This document shows, piece by piece, positions 31,345 to 41,227 of a stretch of 64,000 nucleotides of DNA. The DNA comes from Promethearchaeota archaeon. GTDB taxonomy: Archaea; Asgardarchaeota; Lokiarchaeia; Sigyniarchaeales; SOKP01. The first letter of the stretch is position 1, and every line of letters starts with the position of its first letter. The translations under genes were made by a program, and so were the position numbers. A model generated the notes under the pieces. It saw nothing but the letters and a program-made list of their open reading frames with translations. It was not told the origin of the DNA and did no database searches. The stretch is taken from positions 1 to 64,000 of the forward strand of contig JAHPZI010000007.1 in assembly GCA_019058295.1 (NCBI GenBank), in the 5' to 3' direction.

Positions 31345-32820
31345 CTATTTTTTAGGTTCGTATTTCAGAGTTTTTGAGTAGATTTTACCATAAGTATCTG
31401 TACTCGCTTCGACTAATACAGAACCTTCTAAGCTTTCTATTGGATAGCTAATATCTATTGATTCATATGGAAATAATTCTCTTATTGTTGTTAGCCATGG
31501 TTTACTCTCGAAAACATCATCGATATTAGCAATACGCACATGTATGTTGTCTAATGAAAAGCCCGCCGTGTTAGTTAACGTAAGTTCTAATTTTTTATTA
31601 CTTTCATTTAGTGCCTTGGATACGGATATAGCGCGTCTGCTACTTATAAGCGATTTGGCATCATCACTGACGGGTTCTGTTTTAATCTTAGGTTCTTCCC
31701 TGTCATGAGCATCACGAACGATAAAAACCTTCCTTTTTTGTACAGTATATTGACTAACTTTCTTAAGTTTAGCTAAAAATAAAACCGCATTTAAATTAAT
31801 TGCATTATACGGCTCTATTGTTAAATATCCTTTTTCAGCAGCATCTTCAATAATTTCAGCCCCAATACCCGTTCTCGCAAAAACAGTGTTTTTATTTGGT
31901 CCTGAACCTACTGAACCAACAGAAATATCTGCATTTTCAGCAGTTAAATCTGTACAGAAATTACAACTTGAAGATTTATACTTATGTAATGAACTAATTG
32001 TATAAGATTTTACTGGCTCTTCTTGATTCTCATAATACAAATGAAACTTACCTTTATGAATATTCATTTTAGTTACTTTAGCCAAATCTATACCATCCTT
32101 CTCAAACATGGGGTATAAAGTTTCTGGACTAAATGAGTCCATACAGAACAAGCCTATTGTAATAACATTGCTTCTAAGGAACCATCTAAGCATACCTGCC
32201 GGAGAATCCATCATTTTTTTAACAGCGTCGATATTACAAGGTGTCCCAACAAAAGCGATTGATCTATAATCAGCTCTAATTGCCTCCATTAATGAATCAA
32301 CCGTTTGACTATGACAATAAATAGAACCAGAAGCTTTTATAACATCGTCTTTTGTTGTAATTATTTGTGCAACAGGGTGCCATGGATTAGCAGGATCTCG
32401 CATAGTAACAATAGCAGCATCAATGAGATGTTCATCGAATAAATAACATAATAAAGAAGTTACTGTACCACCATCTTGCCCTCCGATTACTTCAGGAATA
32501 TTTGTATTAGCTACATATCCTGTTTTAAATTCTCCCATAAGTTGAATAGGATCTGTAATTGTCCGAGGACATTGATTGTAGCAAATACCGCAACCCGTGC
32601 ATTTACCTATGAGTTTCGGTTGCGAGACTACAGGATCCCATTCGAGTACTGGACACACAGCAGCACACGTTCCACATTCAGTACAAATCCCCGAACGGAC
32701 AATTTCTTTCATAAGCATGCCGTATGAATCTTTTTTCCCTTCTAACTTCTTTTGAATAAAATCAAATGAATATTTATATTTCTCTTCAGCTTGTTCATCT
32801 TTGGTCTCTTCTTGTGTCAT
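31345..32820 (-). CDS. Coenzyme F420 hydrogenase/dehydrogenase beta-subunit family (FrhB/FdhB) with C-terminal extension
   Basis: Two CxxCxxCxxxCP, QDGGTVT, VGTPC, IGLFCM, CNFCTD...DISVGSVG. Confidence 0.93.
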   Translation of the reverse strand: MTQEETKDEQAEEKYKYSFDFIQKKLEGKKDSYGMLMKEIVRSGICTECGTCAAVCPVLEWDPVVSQPKLIGKCTGCGICYNQCPRTITDPIQLMGEFKTGYVANTNIPEVIGGQDGGTVTSLLCYLFDEHLIDAAIVTMRDPANPWHPVAQIITTKDDVIKASGSIYCHSQTVDSLMEAIRADYRSIAFVGTPCNIDAVKKMMDSPAGMLRWFLRSNVITIGLFCMDSFSPETLYPMFEKDGIDLAKVTKMNIHKGKFHLYYENQEEPVKSYTISSLHKYKSSSCNFCTDLTAENADISVGSVGSGPNKNTVFARTGIGAEIIEDAAEKGYLTIEPYNAINLNAVLFLAKLKKVSQYTVQKRKVFIVRDAHDREEPKIKTEPVSDDAKSLISSRRAISVSKALNESNKKLELTLTNTAGFSLDNIHVRIANIDDVFESKPWLTTIRELFPYESIDISYPIESLEGSVLVEASTDTYGKIYSKTLKYEPKK

Positions 32821-32986
32821 TTTAACTCCTTAGAAAACTATGATTGTTTTATTTTAATTAATTGTTTGTTGTTTAATTTAATTGACAAGGGAAAAAAAAG
32901 ATTATTAAATTAATTAAAAAAAAAATTGACTATTCATATTACAATTTATAAGGAAAAAAATGGATAATAAGATTGAATCATAATAA

Positions 32987-34039
32987 TTAAATTGAAAAGA
33001 TTTGATTTAGTCTAAAACTTCCTACTACAGCAATCAATAGTCCAAATAAAATTGATATTAAAAATAGAGAAAACGCCCATGATGAGATCTTTCTATGATA
33101 AATTCTTCCTTTCTTTGTTTTACGATATTTTGGTAGCCCTAAAATTGAGCCAATAATCAATAGCACTATTGTTATTAATCCAATTATTCCATGTAAGGAG
33201 TAGAATAATGCTCCTCTTGATATAATTGTTGAAATACTCCAATATATAAAAGATATACAAGAAAAAATAACAAATAATATTGAGAATATTATATGAAATC
33301 GTATCGAGACGAATTGAGGTAATTCTTTAAATCTGTTTGGTTTTTGGGAAAATTTATATCCTGAAATGATTGATAATCCTCCAAAAATGAAAGCTATTGA
33401 AAATAAGTAAGCATGTATTATCCAATTGGAAAAATTAGTCCTCGATGCATTGTCACTCCATCCTCTTTTTTCCCAATACCCTAGATGATCATAATCTACA
33501 ACTTTTATTTTCACAATCCATTTAACCCACTTATAGCCATAATGATCGGGACATACTAATCTGACTGGAAATCCCTGTTCTTTTGGGAGGGTCTCTCGGT
33601 TCATTTTGAATGCTAATATTATATTCTCTTCGGACGCTTCTTCCATATTTAAAGAATCACTGTAATCATCTTCCGCATAAAAAACAATATCATATGCGTC
33701 ATCTCTAATACCTGCAATGCCTAATATATCTACTAATGGAATGCCTTCCCATTCTGCTGTTCCAGAAGGCCCATCTACACATTCCAAAGTAGCAGTAAGC
33801 TTAATAGATTCCAGACTAGTAAAATTATCATAATCAAATCTTATGGGGTTATCAACTTTGCCCTCGATTTCTAATGTCCAGTTTTCTTTTTTTATATCAG
33901 GAATTCCACCCTTCTGAAGTTCGAAAAATTGGTCATTAGGTGTAATTTGAGTTCTTGAAAATTGTATTAATCCTATAAAAAGAAGTGGTATTGAAAACAA
34001 TAGTAACATACTTAAAAAAAAAAGTATTGGACGTCTCAT
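32987..34039 (-). CDS. Sulfite-oxidase/MsrP-family molybdopterin oxidoreductase fused to a 4-TM His-containing membrane domain
   Basis: TLECVDG (Mo-ligand Cys), GFPVRLVCPDHYGYKWVKWI, GYWEKRGW. C-terminal TM helices with His. Confidence 0.88.
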   Translation of the reverse strand: MRRPILFFLSMLLLFSIPLLFIGLIQFSRTQITPNDQFFELQKGGIPDIKKENWTLEIEGKVDNPIRFDYDNFTSLESIKLTATLECVDGPSGTAEWEGIPLVDILGIAGIRDDAYDIVFYAEDDYSDSLNMEEASEENIILAFKMNRETLPKEQGFPVRLVCPDHYGYKWVKWIVKIKVVDYDHLGYWEKRGWSDNASRTNFSNWIIHAYLFSIAFIFGGLSIISGYKFSQKPNRFKELPQFVSIRFHIIFSILFVIFSCISFIYWSISTIISRGALFYSLHGIIGLITIVLLIIGSILGLPKYRKTKKGRIYHRKISSWAFSLFLISILFGLLIAVVGSFRLNQIFSI

Positions 34040-34138
34040 AGAACGAAAATTATTACTTTGTTAAATTAACTTTCAAAAGTTTTAATTTAAATTTAAAATC
34101 AACTCTTATATTTAAAAAGTAAGTGAGTAATCAAAAGA

Positions 34139-35722
34139 TTACTTTTCATTTTCAAGATTTTTTTCAATTTTTTTAATAGCTTTAGAAGCAGATATTCTAA
34201 CAATTCTATGAAAATCATTCACTTGTTTTAATAATGCAGGTAATGCCATTTTACCACCAAATTCTTCTAATAGTTTAATTAAGCTTAATTTTACTTTGGC
34301 ATTCTCGTCTAAATTATATTTTAGATGATCTATTAATCGTTCTGTATGCATAACAAAAAATCTTTCAGATTTAGAGCTCTTACCTTCTATACTTAAATTC
34401 TTAAGATAAATGTTATAGGTAGCGTCAGCTGCGACTTTCTTAAGAAGCCAATAATTATTCTCATCCTCAATTAAAGATATAAGAGAATCAATAGCATCTA
34501 TATTGCCGATTTTTCCTAAAGCTATTGCTGCGTTTTTTCGCACATCCAAATTTCTTTTCTTTAACAACTCAATTAACGGCTCTAAAAATTTCTCATACCC
34601 AATTTCTCCAAATAAAAACGCGACGCTTTCTAATAATATATCATTTGTAGTTTTAAGAATTGAATATAAGTAGTCAAAAGAGGCATCCTTATTTTTTAAA
34701 TATATATTCTTAATAGCATCAAGTACAAACCATTTCATATCTAAATCGATGTATTCAAATCGGATGTCCTCAATATTTAAAATATTTAATAGTTCAGGGA
34801 CCACAGATACATCTCCAATTTCGCCTAAGGATTTAATAGACGCCTTACTAACCTCGTCATATAAGTTATCTAAATTTTCTAATAACGCATCTAAACCTTC
34901 TTTAACCTCTAATTTTCCTATTAATTTTATTGCGTTTGTCTTTATAATGAAATCCTCATGATGAATATATTCTATTAGCTCGCTATTTATCTCGCGACCT
35001 AGTGCCTCTAAAATTTTTAAAGCGCTATCTAAAAAGTCATCTTTTAAAACAGTAATTATTATTTTCAATAATATATTTTTATATTGGATTAAATGTGACA
35101 AAATTTCAGGATAATTTATTTTATAAAATTTTGCCTCACCAGAAAAAGCATTTACGGTTGATAGCTCATATCCAATCAATTTTATTATCTCAATCTTGTG
35201 TTTTTCTGAATAACTCTCTTCTTTCAACGATTTTAATAAGAATCTTATTAATTTTTTTGGTTTCAGCTTTATCAATTGATGTGTAACACATTCTTTAATT
35301 GGTTGATATTTGTTACCTAATTCTTTAATAAAAAGCGGAATCTCATGCTCAGAAAATCTTACATTTGCAATTGCTTTTAACGTAGATATTTTAACTTGAT
35401 TATCGGTTGATTCTTGCTCTAATATCCAATTCAAAGGTTTCAAGACCTTTTCAAGCCCTAAAAACGATAAAGAATTAGCAGCTTCACATTTTAAATCTAT
35501 ATTTTCGTCAGAAATTAATACATTTTCTAAAATTTCAAAACATTCGTTTTTTAATATGGTCGAATTATGACTAATTAATCCTAAATATTTAATCGCTCCT
35601 TTTCGCCGCCCCTCGTTTTTATCTTTTTCTATTATTTCAAATAACATATTAATTGAATTCTGCAATCCTAATTCTTCTCGTTTTTGAAATATATCACGGG
35701 GAAGCAATTTTGAGTTTAGCAT
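34139..35722 (-). CDS. HEAT-repeat protein
   Basis: Repeated VR..AA.ALG.IG...A...L..L units. Confidence 0.88.
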   Translation of the reverse strand: MLNSKLLPRDIFQKREELGLQNSINMLFEIIEKDKNEGRRKGAIKYLGLISHNSTILKNECFEILENVLISDENIDLKCEAANSLSFLGLEKVLKPLNWILEQESTDNQVKISTLKAIANVRFSEHEIPLFIKELGNKYQPIKECVTHQLIKLKPKKLIRFLLKSLKEESYSEKHKIEIIKLIGYELSTVNAFSGEAKFYKINYPEILSHLIQYKNILLKIIITVLKDDFLDSALKILEALGREINSELIEYIHHEDFIIKTNAIKLIGKLEVKEGLDALLENLDNLYDEVSKASIKSLGEIGDVSVVPELLNILNIEDIRFEYIDLDMKWFVLDAIKNIYLKNKDASFDYLYSILKTTNDILLESVAFLFGEIGYEKFLEPLIELLKKRNLDVRKNAAIALGKIGNIDAIDSLISLIEDENNYWLLKKVAADATYNIYLKNLSIEGKSSKSERFFVMHTERLIDHLKYNLDENAKVKLSLIKLLEEFGGKMALPALLKQVNDFHRIVRISASKAIKKIEKNLENEK

Positions 35723-35768
35723 TATTTTAATTTACTTTTTTTTCATAAAAACAATTTCTTTAATTATT

Positions 35769-35893
35769 ATCATATAAAATCATTTAATTTATAAAAATTA
35801 TCGAAATAGATCATTACCAACAAAACTTTATCAACTTGGATCATAAAGCCTTTCAAAAATCAACGGATCAATGAGAAATGATCCTATCTGATC
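35769..35893. promoter_or_regulatory. Helically phased ATC-N7-ATC array upstream of hdr operon (putative operator)
   Basis: ATC at 35769, 35779, 35800, 35810, 35830, 35840, 35859, 35867, 35881, 35886 and 35891. Confidence 0.35.
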
Positions 35894-36040
35894 CTTTCTT
35901 TCGAAAAATTGATTATATTGATAAATAGAAAGAAATAAAAATATTAATAACGAATAGTATTTAAAAAAGAAATATAATATTATGATAATTTAATAATCCA
36001 ACGATTTATCTAAAAATTAAGAGGTGGTGTAAAAAACAAA

Positions 36041-38020
36041 ATGAAAAAGGATCAAACTCAATGGAATGATACAAAGAATAACGAAGAATTAGATAAACTA
36101 AGAATAGGATATTATTGTTGCGAATGAGGAATAAATATAAGAGGAAAAATTGACTGCGATAAATTAGCGGAGTATATTAAAAACCTTGATGACGATATAA
36201 TAATATCTAAGAAGAATGCGTTTCTATGAACTGATGCAGCGCAAAATGAAATAATCGAAGATATTAACGAAAAGAACTTAAATCGTATCGTGGCTAGTTC
36301 TTGAACTCCAAGAACGCACGAGCCAATTTATCGCGATTCAATTTCAAAAACAGATTTAAATCCTTACTACTTTCAGATGGTAAATATTCGTGAACATTGC
36401 TCTTGGGTTACAGAAAAAAAAGAGGACGCATTTGAAAAGGCAAAAATTCTAGTAAAGAGTGGTATTGCAAGGGCAAAATGTTTAGAAGTAGTTCCGATCA
36501 GAACTGTACCCGTCGAAAAAGCAACTCTAATAGTAGGGGGTGGAATCGCGGGTATGAATGCTGCGCTCGATTTGGCTAATCAGGGAATTAAAGTTTATCT
36601 TGTTGAAAAAAAGACAACAATAGGTGGTCGCATGGCTCAGCTCGATAGAACATTCCCGACTGATGACTGTGCAATATGAATTTGCGGTCCAAAAATGTTA
36701 GAAGTTAATAGAAATCCTAATATAGAAATAATTAGTTATGCTGAAGTAAAAAAAGTTGAAGGTTATGTTGGGAATTATACTGTAACTGTCGAAAAGAAGC
36801 CTCGATATACAAATAATGATTGTAATGGATGCGGGGCTTGTTCTGAAGTATGTCCCATATACACGATAAATTATTTTGATGAAAATTTAAGCGCTCGAAA
36901 AGCGATTGATATATCATTTGGCCAAGCAGTTCCTTTTCTATATGATATTGATCGAACAGTATGCGTAGAATGCTTTTCTTGAGTGGATGCTTGTGAATTA
37001 GATGCGATTGTATTTAGTCAGGTACCAGAAGAAGTCACCTTTCAAGTCGGTACAATAATTATCGCAACAGGTTGGGATATTCACGAACCCTATGGTGAAT
37101 ACGGTTATGGTGAAATTGAAAATGTTATTACACAAGCACAGCTTGAACGCATGTTGGCTCCAAATGGACCACTTGAAGGGCATGTGCGTAGAATATCGGA
37201 TGACAAAAAACCCAAGGAAATTGTATTTATTCAGTGTGTTGGAAGTCGCGAAACTGATAGAACATATTGTAGTGGAGTTTGCTGCATGCTTGCACTTAAA
37301 AATGGTCGATTGCTTTTAGAAGAATTTCCTGATGCTAATATTACAATATGTTATATTGACATCAGAACAAACGAGAAGGGATTCGAGGAATATTATCAAC
37401 GAGCCAAAGATGCTGGAATGAAAATGATTCGAGGGAAAGTAGGGGAATTCTCAGAAGATCCCGAAACAAAAGATGTTAAAGTACGTGTATATTCCTCTCT
37501 AACTGATGAAATAATTAACATCGATGCAGATTTAGTTGTTCTATCAAGTGCAGCACTGCCTTCACGAGGTACTGAACAAATTGCTAAGGTTCTAAACTTA
37601 GATACGGATAGGAATGGATTTCTTACGGAATCTCATTTTGGTTTGATGCCGCAAGAAACGAAAACAAAGGGAATTTTTATCGCAGGATTCGCTCAGGGTC
37701 CCAAAGACATCGCATATTCCGTATCTCAAGCACGAGCAGCGGCGAGTAAAGTTGCTGAAATGACTTCTGCAGGAGAAATAGAACTTGAACTTATAATAGC
37801 TGAAGTAGATAAAGAATTATGCATTTCATGTAGAAGATGCGAAAAGGAATGTCCAAAATCAGCTATAAAAATTACCGACGCTGAAGGGGCTGTTGTAGAT
37901 GAGATAAATTGTGATGGGTGTGGAATATGTGCGACGTGCTGTCCTACACAAGCAATTGATATACGATATTATAGAGAGAAACAATTATATTCTGAAATTT
38001 CGGCTATTTTAGAATCTTAG
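36041..38020 (+). CDS. hdrA: Heterodisulfide reductase subunit A, selenoprotein with five in-frame UGA (Sec) codons (659 aa)
   Basis: One continuous frame from ATG 36041 (GAGGTG upstream) to TAG 38018-38020 joins track ORFs 36377, 36695 and 36983. TGA at 36125 (CCEUG), 36227 (FLUT), 36302 (SSUTPRTHE), 36677 (DDCAIUI) and 36980 (CVECFSUVDAC). Each matches a Cys in the paralog at 42520. Confidence 0.93.
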
Positions 38021-38042
38021 ATAACATGGAGGTCTAATAAAA

Positions 38043-38483
38043 GTGGAAAATAATTATTCAATTCTTATGTTTGCGTGTTTAAAATGAGGTTATGGTGCGG
38101 CAGATTTAGCAGGTGTTTCACGATTTAAATACAGTCCTACAGTTAAAATCATCAAATTAAGGTGTACAGGAAGAATTGATGTTAAACATCTCTTGTTTGC
38201 TATAAAATCTGGTGCGGATGGTGTGATGATTGTAGGCTGACGTCCTAATGAGTGCCAATTTAAAGATGGAAACTTTAAAGCCCAAACCCACGTTGATCTT
38301 GCAAATAGAATATTAGATCGTAGAGGTTTTGGGAACCAAAGAATAAATCAGTATTGGTTAAGCTCAGCTGAATCAGAGAAATTAGTAAAAAGTGTTGAAG
38401 ATACAATTGAAAAAATTCAAAGATTAGGGCCTAATCCTCTTAAATCTATCGCAAAAAAAGTCTTAACTACCCCAGCTGAATGA
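38043..38483 (+). CDS. mvhD: Hydrogenase iron-sulfur subunit MvhD/VhuD, selenoprotein with two UGA (Sec) codons (146 aa), not in ORF track
   Basis: GGAGG plus GTG start. Reads MENNYSILMFACLKUGYGAADLAGVSRF...RCTGRID...GADGVMIVGURPNECQF. TGA at 38085 and 38238 align with Cys of CNWCSY and TGCHIGDC in the paralog at 45634. Confidence 0.93.
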
Positions 38484-38537
38484 ATCTTGTAAATAAATTC
38501 TAGTTACAAGCTAACAATCCTTGCAATGGATGGGGTA
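38468..38537 (+). promoter_or_regulatory. Candidate SECIS element (3' of Sec-hdrA/mvhD)
   Basis: Outer helix TACCCCA/TGGGGTA. ATGA at 38480-38483, GA at 38529-38530. Inner pairing CTTGTAA/TTACAAG or TTGTAA/TTGCAA. Apical A-run. Confidence 0.55.
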
Positions 38538-38589
38538 TTAATGAATAAAATATATATTTTTAAAAATAGGATAAAAATATTGTAGGAAT

Positions 38590-40098
38590 ATGGTTCAAGT
38601 AATAAATAACAAGACTTTTAAGGGCATCTCTCCAAATAAATTAATGGAAGCTACATATAGAGCTGCTGAAAATTTTCAGGTAAGGGCTTTCTATGAAGCT
38701 AAGAATGAAATCTTGAAAGTAGGGAAGTACACAGAAGAAGAATTTTTTAAAATTTTAGATGCGATGATTGATGCTGAGACTGAGCGAAAATTAATATTAG
38801 AGAGATTAAAAAGTAAAGAACCACTGTTTTTGGAAGAGATTGTTAAGATTATCAAGGAATTTTCCCCTGATAATGTTATTCGAGATATAATATATCTTAA
38901 GGAACAAGGTTATATTGATGAAAAAATTGAAGTTAAAACTAAAAAGGTCATAAAAAAGATCAAAGGAGAAGAAAAGGAAGTAGAAGAAAAAGAATATTTT
39001 TATAGATATCAAGTAAAAGATCTTCCAGATGATTTTATTGAACATTATTTTGAACCTGTTTCAATTGTTTTTGAGGCTGAAGTATGTTGTCATTGTGGTT
39101 GGTGTTCATCTATATGCCCTGTGAACGCAATTACAGTCACAGCAGATATATTAGAAATTGATGATAATGCTTGTATGAAATGTGGATTATGCTATACTAT
39201 TTGTCCTCGTTCATTTTCAATCGATCAAGCATATAAAAGTATTAAAAATTTAGATAAATCCTTAAAGTGGTCAGATAAAATTGGGGCTTATTATAACACT
39301 TATTCTGGATCAACTACGAAAGATAAAATTAAAAAAGTCAGGCAAGATGGAGGTGTTGTAACAACTCTACTTGAATATTTATTGAAAAATAAATTGGTTG
39401 ATGCAATTGTTGCGGTTCAACATTCAGTGGATTTATGGAGACCTGAACCTGTGATTGTGGATAATATTAAAGATTTATATAAAACTGGAGGAACGAAATA
39501 TGCAAATTCGCCTTCATTAGAAATCATTGATAAAGCAAAACAATATAACCGTTTAGCAGTAGTGGGCGTTCCATGTATGATGAAAGCTATTGAAAAAGCA
39601 ACATTATTTCCCAGTGGTCTGCCATTTTTTAACAATATTAAATATAAAATAGGGCTCTTTTGTATGGAATCATTTTCATATGCAAAAATAATCAATTTAG
39701 TTAAAGATAAATTTGATAAAGAAATTAATGAGTTAACTAAAATGAATATTGATAAAGGGAAATTTATAATTAACTTAACTTCTGGTGAGGAAATGGCAGT
39801 TGATTTGAAAGAAGTTCAATCTTATGCTCGCCATACTTGTCATTTTTGCGAGGATTTAACATCTGATTATGCTGATATCTCAGTGGGTTCAATAGGATCA
39901 CAGGCTGGCTGGTCTTCAGTAATAACAAGATCAAAAGAAATTGATGAAATTTATAAAGGCGCTGTTAAAGATGGCCTTATTGAATCACAAAACTTAAAAG
40001 AGGTAAAACCAGGGCAATTTTTAGTTGAGCGAATTGCGGGAGTGAAAAGAACAAAGTGTAAAGATCCTTTTTTAGAATTGAAAAAAAAAAGCCAATAA
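38590..40098 (+). CDS. FrhB/FdhB-family protein with N-terminal helical/winged-helix extension
   Basis: CCHCGWCSSICP, CMKCGLCYTICP, QDGGVVT, VGVPC, GLFCM, CHFCED...DISVGSIG. Confidence 0.93.
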   Translation: MVQVINNKTFKGISPNKLMEATYRAAENFQVRAFYEAKNEILKVGKYTEEEFFKILDAMIDAETERKLILERLKSKEPLFLEEIVKIIKEFSPDNVIRDIIYLKEQGYIDEKIEVKTKKVIKKIKGEEKEVEEKEYFYRYQVKDLPDDFIEHYFEPVSIVFEAEVCCHCGWCSSICPVNAITVTADILEIDDNACMKCGLCYTICPRSFSIDQAYKSIKNLDKSLKWSDKIGAYYNTYSGSTTKDKIKKVRQDGGVVTTLLEYLLKNKLVDAIVAVQHSVDLWRPEPVIVDNIKDLYKTGGTKYANSPSLEIIDKAKQYNRLAVVGVPCMMKAIEKATLFPSGLPFFNNIKYKIGLFCMESFSYAKIINLVKDKFDKEINELTKMNIDKGKFIINLTSGEEMAVDLKEVQSYARHTCHFCEDLTSDYADISVGSIGSQAGWSSVITRSKEIDEIYKGAVKDGLIESQNLKEVKPGQFLVERIAGVKRTKCKDPFLELKKKSQ

Positions 40099-40113
40099 AA
40101 AATTGATAATTCA

Positions 40114-41223
40114 ATGCAAAAAACATTCAAGAATTTAATTGAAGAGGTTCATAATAAAGGCATTTGTCAAGAATGTGGTGGGTGTGTAAGTTTTTGTAGT
40201 TCTGCGGAATATGATGTAATAGGTCAAAAAGATCCATATAGTCCACCAGAATATATAAATGAAGATAGATGTCTCGAATGTGGGATATGTTATTATATAT
40301 GTCCACAAACGCATATATTAGATGATGAGCTTAATAAAACGTATAATTTCACAGATTTTTCATCAAAACCTATTGGTAATTATGCTGATATCTTTTCTTG
40401 CCAAGCCACAGATAAGGAATTTTTAGAAAATGGAACTGATGGAGGCGTTGTGAATTCAATAATTAATTTTTTAATGGAGAAAAAATTAATTGATGGTGCT
40501 GTGGTTTCTAGAACAGATGCTCCTTTTTCTAGAGAAGCTACATATGCTGATAGTAAATATGACCTGTTAAAGGCTTCAGGAGCAAAATTAGATATTTCAC
40601 CGCAATTAGATGAAATTCAAAAGTTTTGTACTTATACTCATTCAATCCCTAAATTAAATCATTATAAATTTAAAAAATTGGCAGTAGTGGGAACACCTTG
40701 TCAACTATACACAATTAGATGTATGCAAGATTTAGGAGTTACTCCTTCAGAAAATATTGAAATTTGCCTTGGTTTATTTTGTTATGAGAACTTTTTCTTT
40801 GAAAAATTTCAGATTCAAAAATTTGAGAAAGATTTTAATATAAAATTTTCAGATATAGTGAAAATTAATATTAAAGAAGATGTGATTTTTAAAATAAAAG
40901 ATGAAGGATCTGGAGAAAAAATTATTCATATCCCTTTTAACCATTTAAACGATTATATGCGTCCCGCTTGTAATGCTTGTAATGATTTTACAAATATTTA
41001 TGCTGATATTTCTTTTGGAGGCTTAAGTTCTAATGATAAATATACTACTGTTATACCCAGAACTGAAAAAGGAAAAGAAATTTTATCTAAAGTTATTAAT
41101 GCGGGAGTAATTAATTGTATGGAATTAGATTCGGAAAAAAAAAATAAGATGATTAATTTAATTACTCAATTTTCTAAATCAAAAATTAAACGTAAAGAAA
41201 ATTTTATGAAAAATTTAAAATAG
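40114..41223 (+). CDS. FrhB/FdhB-family protein
   Basis: CQECGGCVSFC, CLECGICYYICP, TDGGVV, VGTPCQ, GLFCY, CNACND...DISFGG. Confidence 0.93.
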   Translation: MQKTFKNLIEEVHNKGICQECGGCVSFCSSAEYDVIGQKDPYSPPEYINEDRCLECGICYYICPQTHILDDELNKTYNFTDFSSKPIGNYADIFSCQATDKEFLENGTDGGVVNSIINFLMEKKLIDGAVVSRTDAPFSREATYADSKYDLLKASGAKLDISPQLDEIQKFCTYTHSIPKLNHYKFKKLAVVGTPCQLYTIRCMQDLGVTPSENIEICLGLFCYENFFFEKFQIQKFEKDFNIKFSDIVKINIKEDVIFKIKDEGSGEKIIHIPFNHLNDYMRPACNACNDFTNIYADISFGGLSSNDKYTTVIPRTEKGKEILSKVINAGVINCMELDSEKKNKMINLITQFSKSKIKRKENFMKNLK

Positions 41224-41227
41224 GGAT

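Noticed and set aside
36041-38483. Pseudogene or genome-wide UGA reassignment for hdrA/mvhD
   Set aside because: All seven internal stops are TGA and all sit at conserved Cys positions with no frameshifts. TGA is a normal stop for other genes in the window.
38481-38492. Third Sec at the mvhD C-terminus (…AE-U-IL*)
   Set aside because: No corresponding Cys in the paralog, and the codon lies inside the SECIS-like fold. Treated as the stop.
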